From the NCBI RefSeq assembly GCF_009914755.1, contig NC_060941.1: 64,000 nucleotides of DNA, one strand, 5' to 3'. How positions within the stretch are numbered: the stretch's first letter is position 1; every line of letters begins with the position of its first letter. The notes below the pieces were generated by a model, which ran no database searches, was not told the origin of the DNA, and was given only the letters and a program-made list of their open reading frames with translations. Shown in pieces: positions 26,731 to 41,290 of this stretch. A program made the position numbers and the translations under genes. This DNA comes from the human T2T-CHM13v2.0 reference genome, Homo sapiens.

Positions 26731-27593
26731 CTACATCAGAAAATCAAGAGTTGACTCTTTTACTACTATGGAATTGACTATTTTGTAATTCAGCGGAAAA
26801 AATGGTTTCTATATTCCTCTATTTATATATATGATGACCTGAACACCAAAAGATACAAAAAACCACCAGTAAACATTCAAGGTAAAGATATCATATAAAA
26901 AGCAGGATCAAGAAACACTTAATTTTTCCTTTACTTTCCTGAATTGAAAATTTTAATGGATGAACAAATATTAAAAGGAATTATCTGCCTCAGGTAGAAA
27001 TGGTAAATAAATCAGGCAGATAATACAAGTGAACATTACTAGTATTAGTCTGAAATGAGAAAACAGAAACATTATAATATTGTTACTAATTAGGAATATT
27101 GTCCCATTGTCCCCATTATTCATCCTATTTGCACGGAATTTTGTACACCAGTAATGTTAAAAACTGCTTTCTCCCCTACCTGCACCTCAAACAAGAAATT
27201 ACTTCTAGCCATTCCCTAATCTATACAAAAACAGACAAAAAGATCACATTTATCAGTCAAACAATATGGGTAGGATGACTAAGCAGAATTGTATACTACA
27301 TGTACAGAGGTCTTTATTTATAAAAATCATTATGTATATACTGTTTAAATGGATGAGCTTTTAAAATTTCTACACAAATCAAGGTAAGGAAAACAAAGGC
27401 AAATACAGGAGGTCCAGACAAGCTTCAATGGACATCTTCCAAAAGGGGTTGAAAATCTGTGCTCCCAGCCTTGTGGGCATTCCTTCACTTATCTTAATGG
27501 GGGTACAACTCCGAGTCTAACTTCCATTCCCTGCATCCAACCCCACACCTACCCAATAGGAGAAGAGACCAGGAGTCCAAACAGTCCAAATGA

Positions 27594-27936
<343 letters not shown>

Positions 27937-29154
27937 TAAATAGGGAAGAGAGAAAGGACAAATAGAGGCAGTGTGGACTCTTATTTGACTAGGAAGATAC
28001 TGGAAGGACAGGGAAAACCTGTGAGAGATGGAAGCTAGGGCAGAATGCAGGCAATAATTATGATAATTGTACTGGTAAAGGTCTCAAGAACGCTTCTTCT
28101 AGTTTCTAGCTGAATAGGAAGAATGAGGATGCTCAGTAATAGCCATACAGAAGACTCCTGGATTTTGCAAGTTTAACATACACAGTTTTGATTATTTGTA
28201 AGTGGTCCCCGAAATCCCTGATGTATCTAATTTTTAGTTTTGCTGAAATAAACATTGTAAAGCAGTATTAGGTCTGTTGTTCAAAAGTGAGTCACATAGC
28301 TGGTACAATGCACCCAAATCTCAGTGCTCCTTCACAGCTGTCGAGTAACATGATAGTAACTCAGATAATGGGCTCTAAAGGAGTCACTTAGAATTTTACA
28401 GTTGTACTTACAGGACCAATTATATGATGTAGTGGTTTCCTCATGTTTACGGTCTCCCAAAGCCCCTAGAACATATGCCTGCCGAATGTCAAAAATCTAA
28501 TAGCCCATCAAAACTTAGTGGTTTCTCACGTGTCTTCCACAGTTGTTTTATAAAGGGACCGTCACTGTCGGAGGGGTGTCTGTAAGTCAGTCTACAACAC
28601 TCATCCAAGGAATTTGTAGTTGAGACTACAAGGGTAAAAATGGCACAGGCAAAAACAACTATGCTATTACTTGGCTGATGTGTTTGAGGACTAGATAGGC
28701 ATCTGGTCTCATAGTCTAACCAGAGGTGATTAAAATGTATTCATTCAACAAATTTTATTAGGACCTGCTATGTACCAGGCATAATGCATCAGTGAGCACT
28801 TTCCCAAACCTAACAATGAATTGGAGTCCAGGTCACTCAGTCTAGGAGGCTTTAAAGGGCAAACATTCCTTTAAGGGATAAACTATCTTAGTAGCAAATA
28901 TTATTAGGCTATAGGATACAAATCTTGCTGGAGTTTATGAAACCATAGGACATAACAATGAGTTGATCCATAGGAATTCTCAAGAAGAATTTTTACCCAG
29001 AGTTTGATAATGGGTACAGGAGACACCAATGCCCTTCCCAGCATCCTACATATTCGTCTTTAACCATATAGTTGGCTCATGCCAGAGGAGACCCAGAGGC
29101 AACAGAAATCTGTCCCAAATAAAGGGAAAAGTATTACAAAACCCCACAGGTCAA

Positions 29155-29762
29155 TAGCGCAGCCACTGTGGAAAACACTTTGGCAGTTCCTCAAAAAATT
29201 TATCAAAAAGATACACAGAGTTACCACATAACCCAGGAATCCTACTCCTAGGACTACACCTAACAGAATGTAAAAACACACACAAATGTTCACAGCAACA
29301 TTATTCACGATATCCAAAAAGTGGAGTCAACTCAAATGTCTATCAACTGATGAATGGATAGGCAAAATGTGGTCTATCCATACAACGCAATATTATTTGA
29401 CCATAAAACTGATTGAACTATTGATTCATGCTACAGTGAGGGTGAAACTTAAAAACATTACGGTAAGTGAAAGAAGACAGTCACAAAATGCCACATATTA
29501 TATTATTGTATTTATATGAGATATCTAGAATAGGCAAATCTATAAAGACAAAAAGTAGATTGGTGGTTGAAGAGCCTGGGGTGTGGGGAGTGGTAACTGA
29601 CTGCTGATGGATAAAGGTTTCTTTCTAGGGCAATGAAAATGGTCTGTAAATTATATTGTGGTGGAAGTTGCACAACTTTGTGAATACATCAAAAAAACCA
29701 ATGAATTGTATACTTTAAGAAGGTGAATTTTATGGCATGTAAATCATAACTCAATATTTTTT
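29155..29762 (+). mobile_element. L1MB/ME 3' end
   Basis: cagccactgtggaaaacactttggcagttcctc...ggtgaattttatggcatgtaaatcataactcaat. Confidence 0.85.
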
Positions 29763-29799
29763 AAAGGCCCACAGAACAGCAAAACGTGTTGACAGCTGG

Positions 29800-30410
29800 G
29801 GCAAAAGTCAAGACAGGAAGAAGAATTGTGAGAAAAGATGAGGCTTGAAAGATCACCAGAGTCTTTATCATGAAAAGCCTTGTAAGTCCTAAGAACTAAG
29901 GAAACAATGGGAGCCACTAGGACAATGGGAAACACTAGAGTGATTTAAACATGATTGTGAGGTCGACCAGATTTGTGTTTGTGAAAGACCAATTTGGCTG
30001 TATTGTGGGACATGGAATGACGACGGACAGACTGGAGGTAGAGGCCAGTTACAGGTGATCTAGGCAAGAGACAGGGGTCTCCTGAACTAAGGAAGGAAGA
30101 GTGGTAGACACATTCAAAAGATGAATAATTAACAGAACTTGGCAAGGCATTAGATGTGTGAGCTGAAGCAAAAAGAAGAGTCTTTAAGTAGCTGAGTTGA
30201 TCCCTATCCCATAGAGAATACCCTACTGGGTAGGTATATCCCTCCATGGGATAGGCATCTCCATGGGATAGGTATTCTCCATGGGATAGGGAAAAAGGGA
30301 ATACCCATTTTAGCAACAAACGAAGAAGATGAAGTTTAAGGACAATGATGGAATTCAGACCAAGGAGAGATTTTAAATAGGTAGTTGAATAACTGGGACT
30401 TAAGCTGAGA
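29800..30410 (-). mobile_element. Degraded L2
   Basis: aatggggagccactagga...gaacttggcaaggcattagatgtg. Confidence 0.6.
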
Positions 30411-30605
30411 GACATAGGATGCATATTTCTATTAGGGAATATACACACACACATACATATATCACCTTGTCCATGTAGAATACATAATAATTGTTGAATG
30501 AATGACTACATAAATAACAAAGTGTATCTATCATGTGCTTATTAATTTTGGTGCCTGTCCTGCTTGTACTCAGTTTTCATCTCAGCCCAGATTTACATAA
30601 AATTA

Positions 30606-30609
<4 letters not shown>

Positions 30610-30643
<34 letters not shown>
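30610..30643. repeat. (CA)n microsatellite
   Basis: About 17 perfect units. Other (CA)n runs at about 34415-34441, 39408-39443 and 39861-39888. Confidence 0.95.
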
Positions 30644-30645
<2 letters not shown>

Positions 30646-30656
30646 CCTTCAGTGAG

Positions 30657-30952
30657 GGGGCAGGTACAGTGGCTCACACCTGTAATCCCAGCCCTTTGGG
30701 AGGCCAAGGCAGAAGGATCACTTGAGGCCAGGAGTTCGATACCAGCCTGGCCAACATGGAAAAACCCCATATCTACAAAAACTACAAAAATTAGCCAGGC
30801 AGTGGTGGCCACACCTGTTATTCCAGCTATTTGGGAGGCTGAGGCATGAGAAGAGCTTGAATCCAGGAGGCGAAGGTTGCAGTGAGCTAAGATTGCACCA
30901 CTGCTCTCCAGCCTAGGTGACAGGGCAAGACTCTAAAAAACAAAAAAAAAAA
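30657..30952 (+). mobile_element. AluS/J
   Basis: Full Alu consensus match. Confidence 0.95.
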
Positions 30953-31274
30953 CTTCAAGAAGGTTTACGTATTTACACATCCACTATTTATTGTATAACT
31001 AGAAAAAAAGCTTTACTAATCCAGCAGAAAGAAAAAGACGTACCCTTGTAAGTGGCAGAAGCCTCTTCTCTTCAAATACCTGACAATTTAAACTAGAATA
31101 TATGAAATTAGGGAATTCAGACAAAGGAAAGCAGGGGACTTGCTAGGTACACAATGTCATTGAAGCAAATACAAAAATATGCCAAATTTATAGAAAAGAT
31201 AAAACCAAAATGTGAGAAAGAAAAACCACATGACTAGAAATAACAAAATAAAAACTAGAAAAGAACCAACTAAA

Positions 31275-33158
31275 AAGCAATCTATAGATTCAACACTATC
31301 CTATCAAATTACCAATGTCATTTTTTACAGAATTAGAAAAAATGATTCTAAGATTCATATGGAACCAAAAAAGAGCCTGAATAGTTAAAGCAATCCTAAG
31401 CAAGAAGAATAAGTCAGGCATGGTGCCTGACTCCTGTAATCTCAGCACTACTGGGAGGCTGAGGCGGGAGGATCGCTTGAGGTCAGGAGTTCAAGACAAG
31501 CCTGGGCAACATAGTGAGACCCCACCTCTACAAAAAAAAGTTTTAAATTAGCCAGGTGTGGTAATGCACACCTGTAGTCCCAGCTACTCAGGAGACTGAG
31601 GCAGGAGGATCACTTGAGCCCAGGAGCTCAAGGCTGTGGTGAGCTGTTATGGTGCCATTGCACTCCAGACTGGGTGACAGAGCAAGACCCTGTCTCAAAA
31701 ACAAAATAAAACAAAAGAACAAGGCCAGTGGGAATCACATTACCCAACTTAAAACTATGTTATAAGGCTACAATAACCAAAACCACATGGTACTAGCATA
31801 AAAACAGACACATAGACCGATGAAACAGAAGAGAGAACCCAGAAATAATGATGCACACCTACAACCATCTGATCTTTGACAAAGTTGACCAAAAAAATGG
31901 AGAAAGGACCCCTTATCCAATAAATGGGATGAGATAACTGGCTAGTCATATGCAGAAGAATGAAACTGGATACCCCACAAAACACAAAAATTAACTCAGG
32001 ATAGATTAAAGACTTAAGTATAAGACTTAAAACTATAAAAATCCTAGAAGAAAACCTAGGAAGTACCATTCTAGACATTGACCGTGGTAAAGAATTTATG
32101 ATTAAATCCCCAAAAGCAATTGCAACAAAAATAAAAAATGGACAAGTGGGACGTAATTAAAATAAAGAACTTTTGCACAGCAAAAGAAACTATCAAGTAA
32201 ACAGATAACTCACAGAATGGGAGAAAATATTTGCAAACTATGTATCTGACAAAGGTCTAATATCCAGAATCTATAAAGAACTCAACAATTCAACAACAAA
32301 AAACAAATAACCCCATTAAAAAGTGGGCAAAGGACATGAACAAACAATTCTCAAAAAAAGACATACAAGTGGCCAACAAACATACGAAAAAATGTTCAAC
32401 ATCACACGTCATCAGAGAAGTGCAATTCAAAACCACAATGAGATACCACCTCACACCAGTAAAAATGGGTGTTATTTAAAAGATTAAAAACAACAGATGC
32501 TGGCAAGGTTGCAGAGAAAAAGGAATGCTTATATACTGTTAGTGGGAACGTAAAGTAGTTCAACCACTGTGGAATGCAGTTTGGAGATTTCTCAGGGAAT
32601 TTAGAACAACTACCATTTGACCCAACAATCCCATTACTGGGTATATACCCAAAGGAAAATAAGTCATTCTACAAAAAAGGCACATGCGCTTGTATGTTCA
32701 TTGCCATGCTATCCACAACAGCAAAGACATGGAATCAACCTAGATGTCCATCGATGGTGGATTGGATAAAGAAAATGTGGTACATATACACCATGGAATA
32801 CTAGATGGCCATAAAAAAATGAAATCATGTCCTTCGCAGCAATGTGGATGCAGCTGGTGGCCATAATCCTAAGCAAATTAATGCAGAAATAGAAAACCAA
32901 GCATGTTCTCACTTACAAGTGGGAGCTAAACATTGGTATATATGGACATAAAAACAGGAACAATAGACACTGGGGACTCCTAGAGGAAAGAGGGGGACAA
33001 AGGCTGAAAAACTACTGTTGGGCACTATGCTCACTACTTGGATGATGGGATCATTCATATCCCAAACCTCAATGTCACACAATATAACCATGTAACACAC
33101 CTGCACATCTACCCTCTGAATCTAAAATAAATGCTGAAATTATTTTAAAAAATGAAAT
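31275..33158 (+). mobile_element. 5'-truncated L1 (L1PA15/16-like), ORF2 C-terminal relic plus 3'UTR
   Basis: PFDPTIPLLGIYPKE-type ORF2 fragments; 3'UTR ggctgaaaaactactgttgggcactatgctcactac. Confidence 0.9.
31412..31715 (+). mobile_element. AluJ inside L1
   Basis: gaggatcacttgagcccaggagctcaaggctg. Confidence 0.95.
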
Positions 33159-33174
33159 AAAGTATCCATAATAT

Positions 33175-35402
33175 TCAAAGCAATATACAGATTCAATGTA
33201 ATCCCTATCAAAATATCAATGACATTTTCACAGAAATAGAAAAAGCGATCCTAAAATTTGCATGTAACCACAGAAGATTCTGAATAGCCAAAGCAATCTT
33301 AAGCATGAAGAACAAAGGTGGAGGCATCACAGTAACTGACATGAAAATATACTTCAAACTTGTAGTAACTAAAACAGTATGCTATTGGCATAAAAACAGA
33401 CACACAGACCAATAAAACAGCATGAAGCACCCAGAAAAAAAATCCACACATTTACAGCCAGCTGATTTTTGACAAAAATGCCAAGAACATACAATGGGGA
33501 AAGTATAGTCTCTTTAATAAATGGTGCTGGGGAAACTGGATATCCACATGCAGAACAATGAAATTAGACCTGTATTTCTCACCATACACAAAAATCGACG
33601 CAAAATGAATTGAAAGACTTAAATGGAAGAACCAAAACTATGGAACTACTAGGAGAAAACATAGAGGAAAAGCTCCATGACATAAATCTAGGCAACAATT
33701 TCTATACAGGACCTCAAAGCACAGGCAACAAAAGCAAGGAAAAAAAAAAAGACAAATGGGATTACATCAAACTAAAAAGCTTCTGCATGGAAAAAAAAAT
33801 CAACAGAGTGAAAAGGCAACCTACAGAATGGGAAAATACATTTGCAAATTATACATCTGATATGGGGTTTATATCCAAAATATATAAGAAACTCAAACAA
33901 CTCAATAGCAAAAAAACAAATATTCTGATGATTAAAAAATAACCTAATGACTTATTTAGGCCAAGGACCTAAATAGACATTTCTCAAAAGAAGACACAGA
34001 AATGGCCAAAAGGTAGATGAAAAATGCTAAACCTCACTAATCATTAGGGAAAGGCAAACCAAACTTACAATGAGATATCATCTAACTGTAGTTAGCATGA
34101 TTATTATTAAAAAGTCGAAAGATAGCAAGTGTTGGTGAGGATATAGAGAAAAGAGAACCCTTATATACTGCTAGAGGGAATACAAATTAGTACAGCCATT
34201 AGGGAAAACTGTGTGGTTCCTCAAAAAATTAAAACTGGAACTACCATATGATCTAACAATCCCCCTACTAGATATATATCTGAAGAAAATAAAATCAATA
34301 TGTCAGAGATATCTGCATTCCCACATTTACTGCAGCATTATTCACAATAGTCAAGATATGAAATCAATGTAAGTGCCCATCAAAGGATGAATGGATAAAG
34401 AAAATGTGATAGATACACACACACACACACACACACACACACTGGAATACTATTCATCCATAACAAAGAATGAAATCCTGCCATTTGCAACAACATGGAC
34501 AAACTTAGAAGGACATTGTGTTCAGTGGAATAAACTGGGAGCAGAAAAACAAATACATAATCACACTCGTGGAATTTTAAAAGTTGAGCTCATAGAAGTA
34601 GAGAACAGATAGCGATTACAAGAAGCAGGGGAGGAGAGGGAGGAAAGGGGACAGAGAGAAGTTAAAAAGCAGGTATAATGTTACAGTTATTGATAGGGTT
34701 TGGCTGTGTCCCCACCCAAAATCTCATCTTGAATTGTAATCCCCATAATCCCTATGTGTCAAAGGAGAGACCAGGTGGAAGTAACTGCATCATGGGGTCA
34801 GTTCCCCCAAGCTGTTCTCATGATAGTGAGTGAGTTCTCATGAGATCCGATGGTTTTATAAGTGTGTGGTAGTTCCTCCTGTGTTCATTCTCCTTGCCGC
34901 CTTGTGAAGAAGGTGGCTTGCTTCCCCTTCACCTCCTACCATGACTGTAAGTTTCCTGAGGCCTCCCCAGCCATGCTGAACCGTGAGTCAATTAAAGCTC
35001 TTTCCTTTATAAATTACCCAGTCTCAGGCAGTTCTTTATAACAGTATGAAAATGGACTAATACATAGTGGACAATGGACACTAATATAGGAGAAATAAAT
35101 TATGGTTTATTTATAATAAAAATGGACAATATAATAAAAATGGACAATAATATAGGAGAAATAAATTATGGTTTTCTAATGCACAGTAGAGTGATTATAG
35201 TTTATAATAATGTATTATATATTTCAAAAAGTTAGAAGAGAGGAATTTGAATGTCCTCACCAAAAAGAACTGATAAATGTTTGAGGTGATAGAAATGCTA
35301 ATTACTCTGATTTTATCAGTATATAAAGTATCTATGTATTGAAATATCACACTGTACCCTAAAAAATGTAAAATCATTACATGTCAATCAAAAATAAAAT
35401 AA
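33175..35402 (+). mobile_element. 5'-truncated L1MA-type element, interrupted by a THE1 LTR
   Basis: ORF2 relic KDKWDYIKLKSFC (ORF 33610..33942); L1MA 3'UTR gataaatgtttgaggtgatagaaatgctaattac. Confidence 0.9.
34691..35064 (+). mobile_element. THE1D-like MaLR solo LTR
   Basis: tgatagggtttggctgtgtccccacccaaa...tggactaataca. Confidence 0.92.
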
Positions 35403-35809
35403 GTTTATACAATAAATTCTAGTCCATATTATATTTTCTAAAATTTCAGGAAAGAAATACTCCAATGGCCCAAATACAAAATTAAAATGGCTTAATTTCC
35501 AAAAACTGTTTTAGTGCTATTTAACTAATTTTGTTTAAAATCTGTTGGCTGATAAGAAATCCAGAACATTAATTAAATTCAAGAGCTAGTCAAAAGAATA
35601 TTTTCTAAATGAAAACTATTTTATAGACCATAGACTTCCAGAAGAAAATATACCAAAACATGAACAGTAGCTATTTCTAAACAGCCTGGAATTTTAGTTA
35701 TTTTTTAAACTTTTCTGTATATTCTGTGAAATCTATTACTTTTATAATTAAATATGTTACTTGGAAGCATAAACTTTTATGTTTTCCATTAGTATTTTAT
35801 GTAGCTTAC

Positions 35810-35928
35810 CTTTTTTTCCCAGTCATTATTTAGAGATTCCGTACTTTGTTCACATATCTTTTTCAGCTCTGCAATCTGGTCTTCTTTAGTCTCTCTGATA
35901 ACTTGACAGTCACGTATCAGTGTCTGAA
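35810..35928 (-). CDS. CEP112: CEP112 coding exon, 119 nt, (V)QTLIRDCQVIRETKEDQIAELKKICEQSTESLNNDWEKK, phase 1/0
   Basis: Acceptor tttttgacAG|TT, donor AAG|GTAAGC; phase matches the previous exon. Confidence 0.95.
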
Positions 35929-36029
35929 CTGTCAAAAATTTTGAAAACATAGTTAAACCAATTCTAGGTACATAGAGTTTGATGATATAAAATTTAGTGC
36001 ACCAGTTAGTAGGTAATTCAATTTTTCAC

Positions 36030-37110
36030 CAAGTCTTCTCAATGCTTTCTTCTAAAATATCTTTTATTCCTTGCTCTTTTTCTCGATTTCTACCACCACA
36101 GACAGCCTTGGTTAAATTCATCATTACTGGCTCCCTAGACAATTGTAACAGTGTATTGGTCTCAAGCATCATTCCCCTCCAAGGAGTCCTCTGTTGCTTT
36201 GAGGAAATCTTTCACCATTATTCTAAGTGAAGTAACTCAGGAATGGAAAACCAAATACCATATGTTTTTACTTATAAGTGGAAGCTGAGCTATGGGTATG
36301 CAAAGGAACACAGAATGGTATAATGGACTTTGGAGATTGAGAAGCAGGGGGTGGAAAAGGGGGTGTGGGCTAAAAACTACATATTGGATACAATGTACAT
36401 TACTTGGGTGATGGGTACACCAAAGTCTCAGACTTCACCACTGTACAATGAATCCATGTAACCAAAACCACTTGTAACCTAAAAGCTACTGAAATTTTAA
36501 AAATTTAAATAAGTAAAGAGGCCTTTCACTGGTGCAAATCTGGTAGTTATGCCCAGGCTTACAAACGTTCTACAGCTCTTCTCATCTAAAAGATAAGTAT
36601 AGGTCAAAGCCTCTGACATGGACAAGAGTTCCTCATGGTTCTGGCCATATCTCTTCCCACTTGCATGTTTTAAACCACTATTATAAACACACCCACCTAT
36701 ATGCAGATTCCTGAGTTCATATTCTTTCTTATATCACTGCCTAAATATGATCATCTATCTACATAGAATGCCCTTCCCTCCCTTATTGAAAAACTCCTAC
36801 TCATCCTTAGACTCTCAACTGAAAAATCACACCTTCTTTATGAACCAGTCATAAAGAATCACTAAATCATGATTCACTCAACCAGATTTCTCCCCTTGCA
36901 GGGACAGAAAGAAATTCCTCTTTATTCCCATGAAACCTTGAGTATTTCTCAATTAAATCATTTATTAACATTATAGTGATTTACTTGCCTGTTTCCTCTT
37001 TAATGAGACTATGTTCACGGAGAAGAAAGAGATTTCAACTTTTTATCCACAGGGCATAACAGTGCCACACAGGCAAGTGCTCAAAAAGACGCGTACTGAA
37101 TGAATAAATA
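36030..37110 (+). mobile_element. Degraded L2 with a short L1PB-type 3' end inserted at about 36223-36515
   Basis: L2 terminus gtgctcaaaaagacgcgtactgaatgaat; L1PB 3' end ctaagtgaagtaactcaggaatggaaaacc. Confidence 0.7.
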
Positions 37111-38464
37111 AAGGAACCCCTCCTTTCAATATATTGTTGCTGCTAGATACTTTTAAATCATTTTTGAAGTTTATGTTACTAAAATGAAATAGGTTTTAAA
37201 TTATATAAAATATTTGCCTTATAAATCATTTCTCTATCTTGTTTACTAAAATTATTTAAACAGTCACTGATTTAAGTGAAAATGTGTTTAATATATTCAT
37301 CTCTTCTGGATAGTAAAATAAATTCAGCTCTATTTTTAATTGGATATAATCTTATCATAGCTTACTAAATATGTTTTTATTCATTTACTTCGAGACAGCA
37401 AAATTTTTGTAAACATTTCCCTAAAAATTGTTTTCACTCTTATATCTCAACTACACAACAAATAAGGAGAGGAGATGAATCCAAGTTAACCTAATGTGGG
37501 TCTTTACCATCTACAATATATTTTACTTTACACTTCCAAAATTAAACTAAGATCTGATTGCAATTCAAAATGCCTTTAGAAACATTATTTTTAAAACCTC
37601 ATCATTTTTAAACCTTAGGCATGTTTGAATTACCTATTTTGAATCAGGGTAAAGAAGAAGACCTGGAAATAAATTTAAAATATTTTTCTAGACACTGGTA
37701 ATATTTGGAGAAAAAACCTAAACGAATTTATAATTGCTTTTACCAACATTTAAGGGTGGAAATGAACCTACAAATATTTATTTAATTGGTTAACTTATCT
37801 ATGTAATGGCTGTCCTAATTTGTCAAAGCCATTATCATTCACTCAGATATACTCAGGTTTGATCTGGGGGAGAGCCAGTAAGTTCCATACAGAAAATCCT
37901 AAATGAAAACCTTCCCTTCTCCTTTTCTCTTATTCATTGCCTAGATCTTCTCATTCACTAAATCATGATTCACTCTTAAAAACTTCTTCTTTTCTTCGGT
38001 TCCATTCTAACTACTCCCAGCGCCATCATTCAGAAATCCTTCTCACCTTAACATGCAAAATTACAGCAGCACAGAAGCAGAACATCTCTGAGTTGGCAGG
38101 GACTTTATATATTATTTATTCTGATCTCACCATTTTATAATGAGTAAACCAAGACCCAGAGACAACTTGCTATCATACATCGGACACTGGTAACAGAGCT
38201 GGAATTACAGCCTATGTTTTCTAATAAGTAGAATTCTCTCTCCTTCACTCCATTCTGCCTCTGCCTAACAGACTTGGAATTGGCCTACTCTGTTCAATAC
38301 ACCCTCCATTACCAGGCTACTCCTCCCAAAACATGAGGTCCTAAAACTCACATCTCAAAATCCTTCCCTGGCTCTTTACATCCAGCATCTACAGGACAAA
38401 GTTCAAGCTTCTAAATCTAAAATTCAAGGTCATACTTAATCTAGCCCCAAGTCAACTATCTTAA

Positions 38465-38774
<310 letters not shown>

Positions 38775-39621
38775 TAAAATCTATCTCTTAATGCATGGGG
38801 TATCCATTCTAGCTAAATAGTTGAGAAGTACCCTTCCTACAACTTACCTATTTCAGCATTCCCATCCCAGTACCTGCAACTCTTCTCTCCAACTAACCAA
38901 GACTTTAAAATTTCACAAAATTTTACAAAAGTTCCTTTCCCAAAACAATATTTTCAACACTCTCTCTCATGACCACCTATTGATGTAGATGTTTCGACCC
39001 ATAATCATAGTCAACTACGGTCAGAGTTAGCTCAAGTGGTTACCTCCTCATGCCGGACTTTCCATCTGTCCATAGTCAACTTAATACTTGATTACATGCT
39101 TTCTTTTCCTTCTTAATTAAAGTGCAAATAGGAAATACATTTTAATTTTTTTCTGTCAATCACAATACCAGCAAATACTATCAGACATAAAAGTAGATAC
39201 TTAATGTAATGAATTTTACTAGATAAAGAAGAATAATTTCCTTTGACTTCCTCATGAAGGCCAGTAAGTCCTAATTCTATGACTGCCCTCAATACTCTAT
39301 GGCAGCTGTATCCCAATGAGGCTAGAGTTAAGAAGAGGGAGTGAAAGCAACATACTCTTCCAACTCTGTATCTAAACCAACCACCAGTACTACTCCATCA
39401 CTGTCACTACACAAACACACACACAGACACACACACACACACAAATAAACACAGTTTTTGCCCCTTCATATGGAAGCCTATATAAATATATCCACTGATG
39501 AAACCCCACATAAACATTCCTATCTCATACTATAAAAGGTCAGAAATCAAATTTTATTCTCCACATCACTAAAATAAAATGGAAATGTTATTAAAAGATG
39601 TATGTAACAACACAACATCAC

Positions 39622-39721
39622 CTTTCTTTTCAAGCTTTCTAATAGTCTCTTCAGTTTCATGTTGTTTACTCCTGTATAAAGTTTTCAGTTCTTCTATTTC
39701 ATTATTCTTTCTTTCTAAAAT
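39622..39721 (-). CDS. CEP112: CEP112 coding exon, 100 nt, ILERKNNEIEELKTLYRSKQHETEETIRKLEKK+G, phase 0/1
   Basis: Acceptor tttatttgcAG|ATT, donor AAAG|GTGATG; hand translation continues the previous exon in frame. Confidence 0.95.
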
Positions 39722-39858
39722 CTGCAAATAAATTTAAAATATTTCAGTATATTGTACTACTTTACATATAGGACACTTTTTTGAATCCTGATATATTTAA
39801 TTCTAAAACATAAATAGAAAAAGTGATTTTAACAAATATGACTACACTGTGAAATTAT

Positions 39859-39891
<33 letters not shown>

Positions 39892-41127
39892 GTAGTATCT
39901 CTTATCCACAGCTTTACTGTCTGCTGTTTCAGTTAGATGCGTGTGTTTTTGTGTATGTCCATGTTAATAATTCTAGCCTAGTCAGAAGTTCACGTTTTGC
40001 TCTTGCAGCAGCTAGGAGGTAGAATCTATATGATCTGCCACACTTGGAAGCTTCCAAGTTGCCTGAAATCGTGAGACTTTCCTCCTTTTGACTAGTGAAT
40101 ATTGCCGCAAATTGGCATTGTAGTGATTTAAGTGACTTTTTAAATTGATTCTCAAATGTCAGTGTTTTGTAAATTAGGTAGAAGTGTTTTGTCCTGAAAG
40201 GGAGTTAGGGATTCTTTTTCTCAGATTAGCATAAAAATAGCTGAAATTGTATGTGTCTAATATTTCTCTTCACATATTTTTCTTATACTTACGATATCTA
40301 CTGTTGTTTATCTGCTAGCAAATTCCAGCAGATAATAAGTGAATGGTGAATTAGTAGGTATACATTAATAGAATCTCGTAAAGAACCAATCATATAACTT
40401 TTCAATGAGCATAATATTTTTGTAAGTCTATCTCAGCTAATCTCATAAATGGTTTCCCCCCAAACTGTAAAAATTATATTATAGTGCATTAAGAAAATTA
40501 TTAAATATACAAGAATAATTATTATCTGAAAGAAATACGTTATCTGAGATTTTTGTATAATAATTTTTAAGGACAGTATAAATAATAATTTCAGTGATTC
40601 CCTAAAATATAATTCAGAAATTAAGCTGTCATAAAGTGGCAGAGAGAAGTCATCAGAAACTTGCCAGGTTGGGAGAGTATAATTCATCACATTGCACTGG
40701 GATAGAATATTCTTCAGCTGGGCATGTCCCTGGATCCGCCCACAAGCACCCTTCTATCCTCCTAGTGCACAGTAAAAGAATTCCCAGATACATGAGGAGA
40801 TGACATGTAATCAGCCTCCTTTATATCTAGCTCTGCTACTGTGAATCAGAAAAATCAGCTCAAAATATGTCAAAAATTGCATTAAAATCTATTGTTAATT
40901 TATATTATGTCAGAAGTTTTAAATGTAATCATTTAATAAAATTTGTGATTTTATACTTCAAAATACATCTATACTCACAAAAACTACAGAAATAACCAAA
41001 ATGTAAAAAAGATAGCAAGTAAGAGAAAATGCTAATCAAGGGGAAAAAGGAATATCTACTTTTCTTATGGCTGGGGTATATTTCCCATACACCCAAAAGT
41101 CAGCTTAACAAGAACAACAGAAAAGAA

Positions 41128-41290
41128 CGGGGCACAGTAGCACATGCATATAGTCAGCTACTCAGGAGGCTTACAGATCACTTGAGCCCAAGAATTCGAG
41201 GCTGAAGTGAGCCATGATCATGGATCATGCCTGTGAATAGCCACTGTCCTCCTCCAGCTTGAGCAACATAGCAAGATCCCATCTCTGGAT
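41128..41290 (+). mobile_element. FAM (fossil Alu monomer)
   Basis: Monomeric; contains gcctgtgaatagccactg, a 7SL-derived segment absent from dimeric Alu. Confidence 0.8.

Noticed and set aside
29945-30454. 169-aa minus-strand ORF with short peptide repeats
   Set aside because: Lies in a decayed L2; the repeats come from the 30201-30292 duplication scar.
40720-40729. p53 half-site GGGCATGTCC
   Set aside because: No adjacent second half-site.
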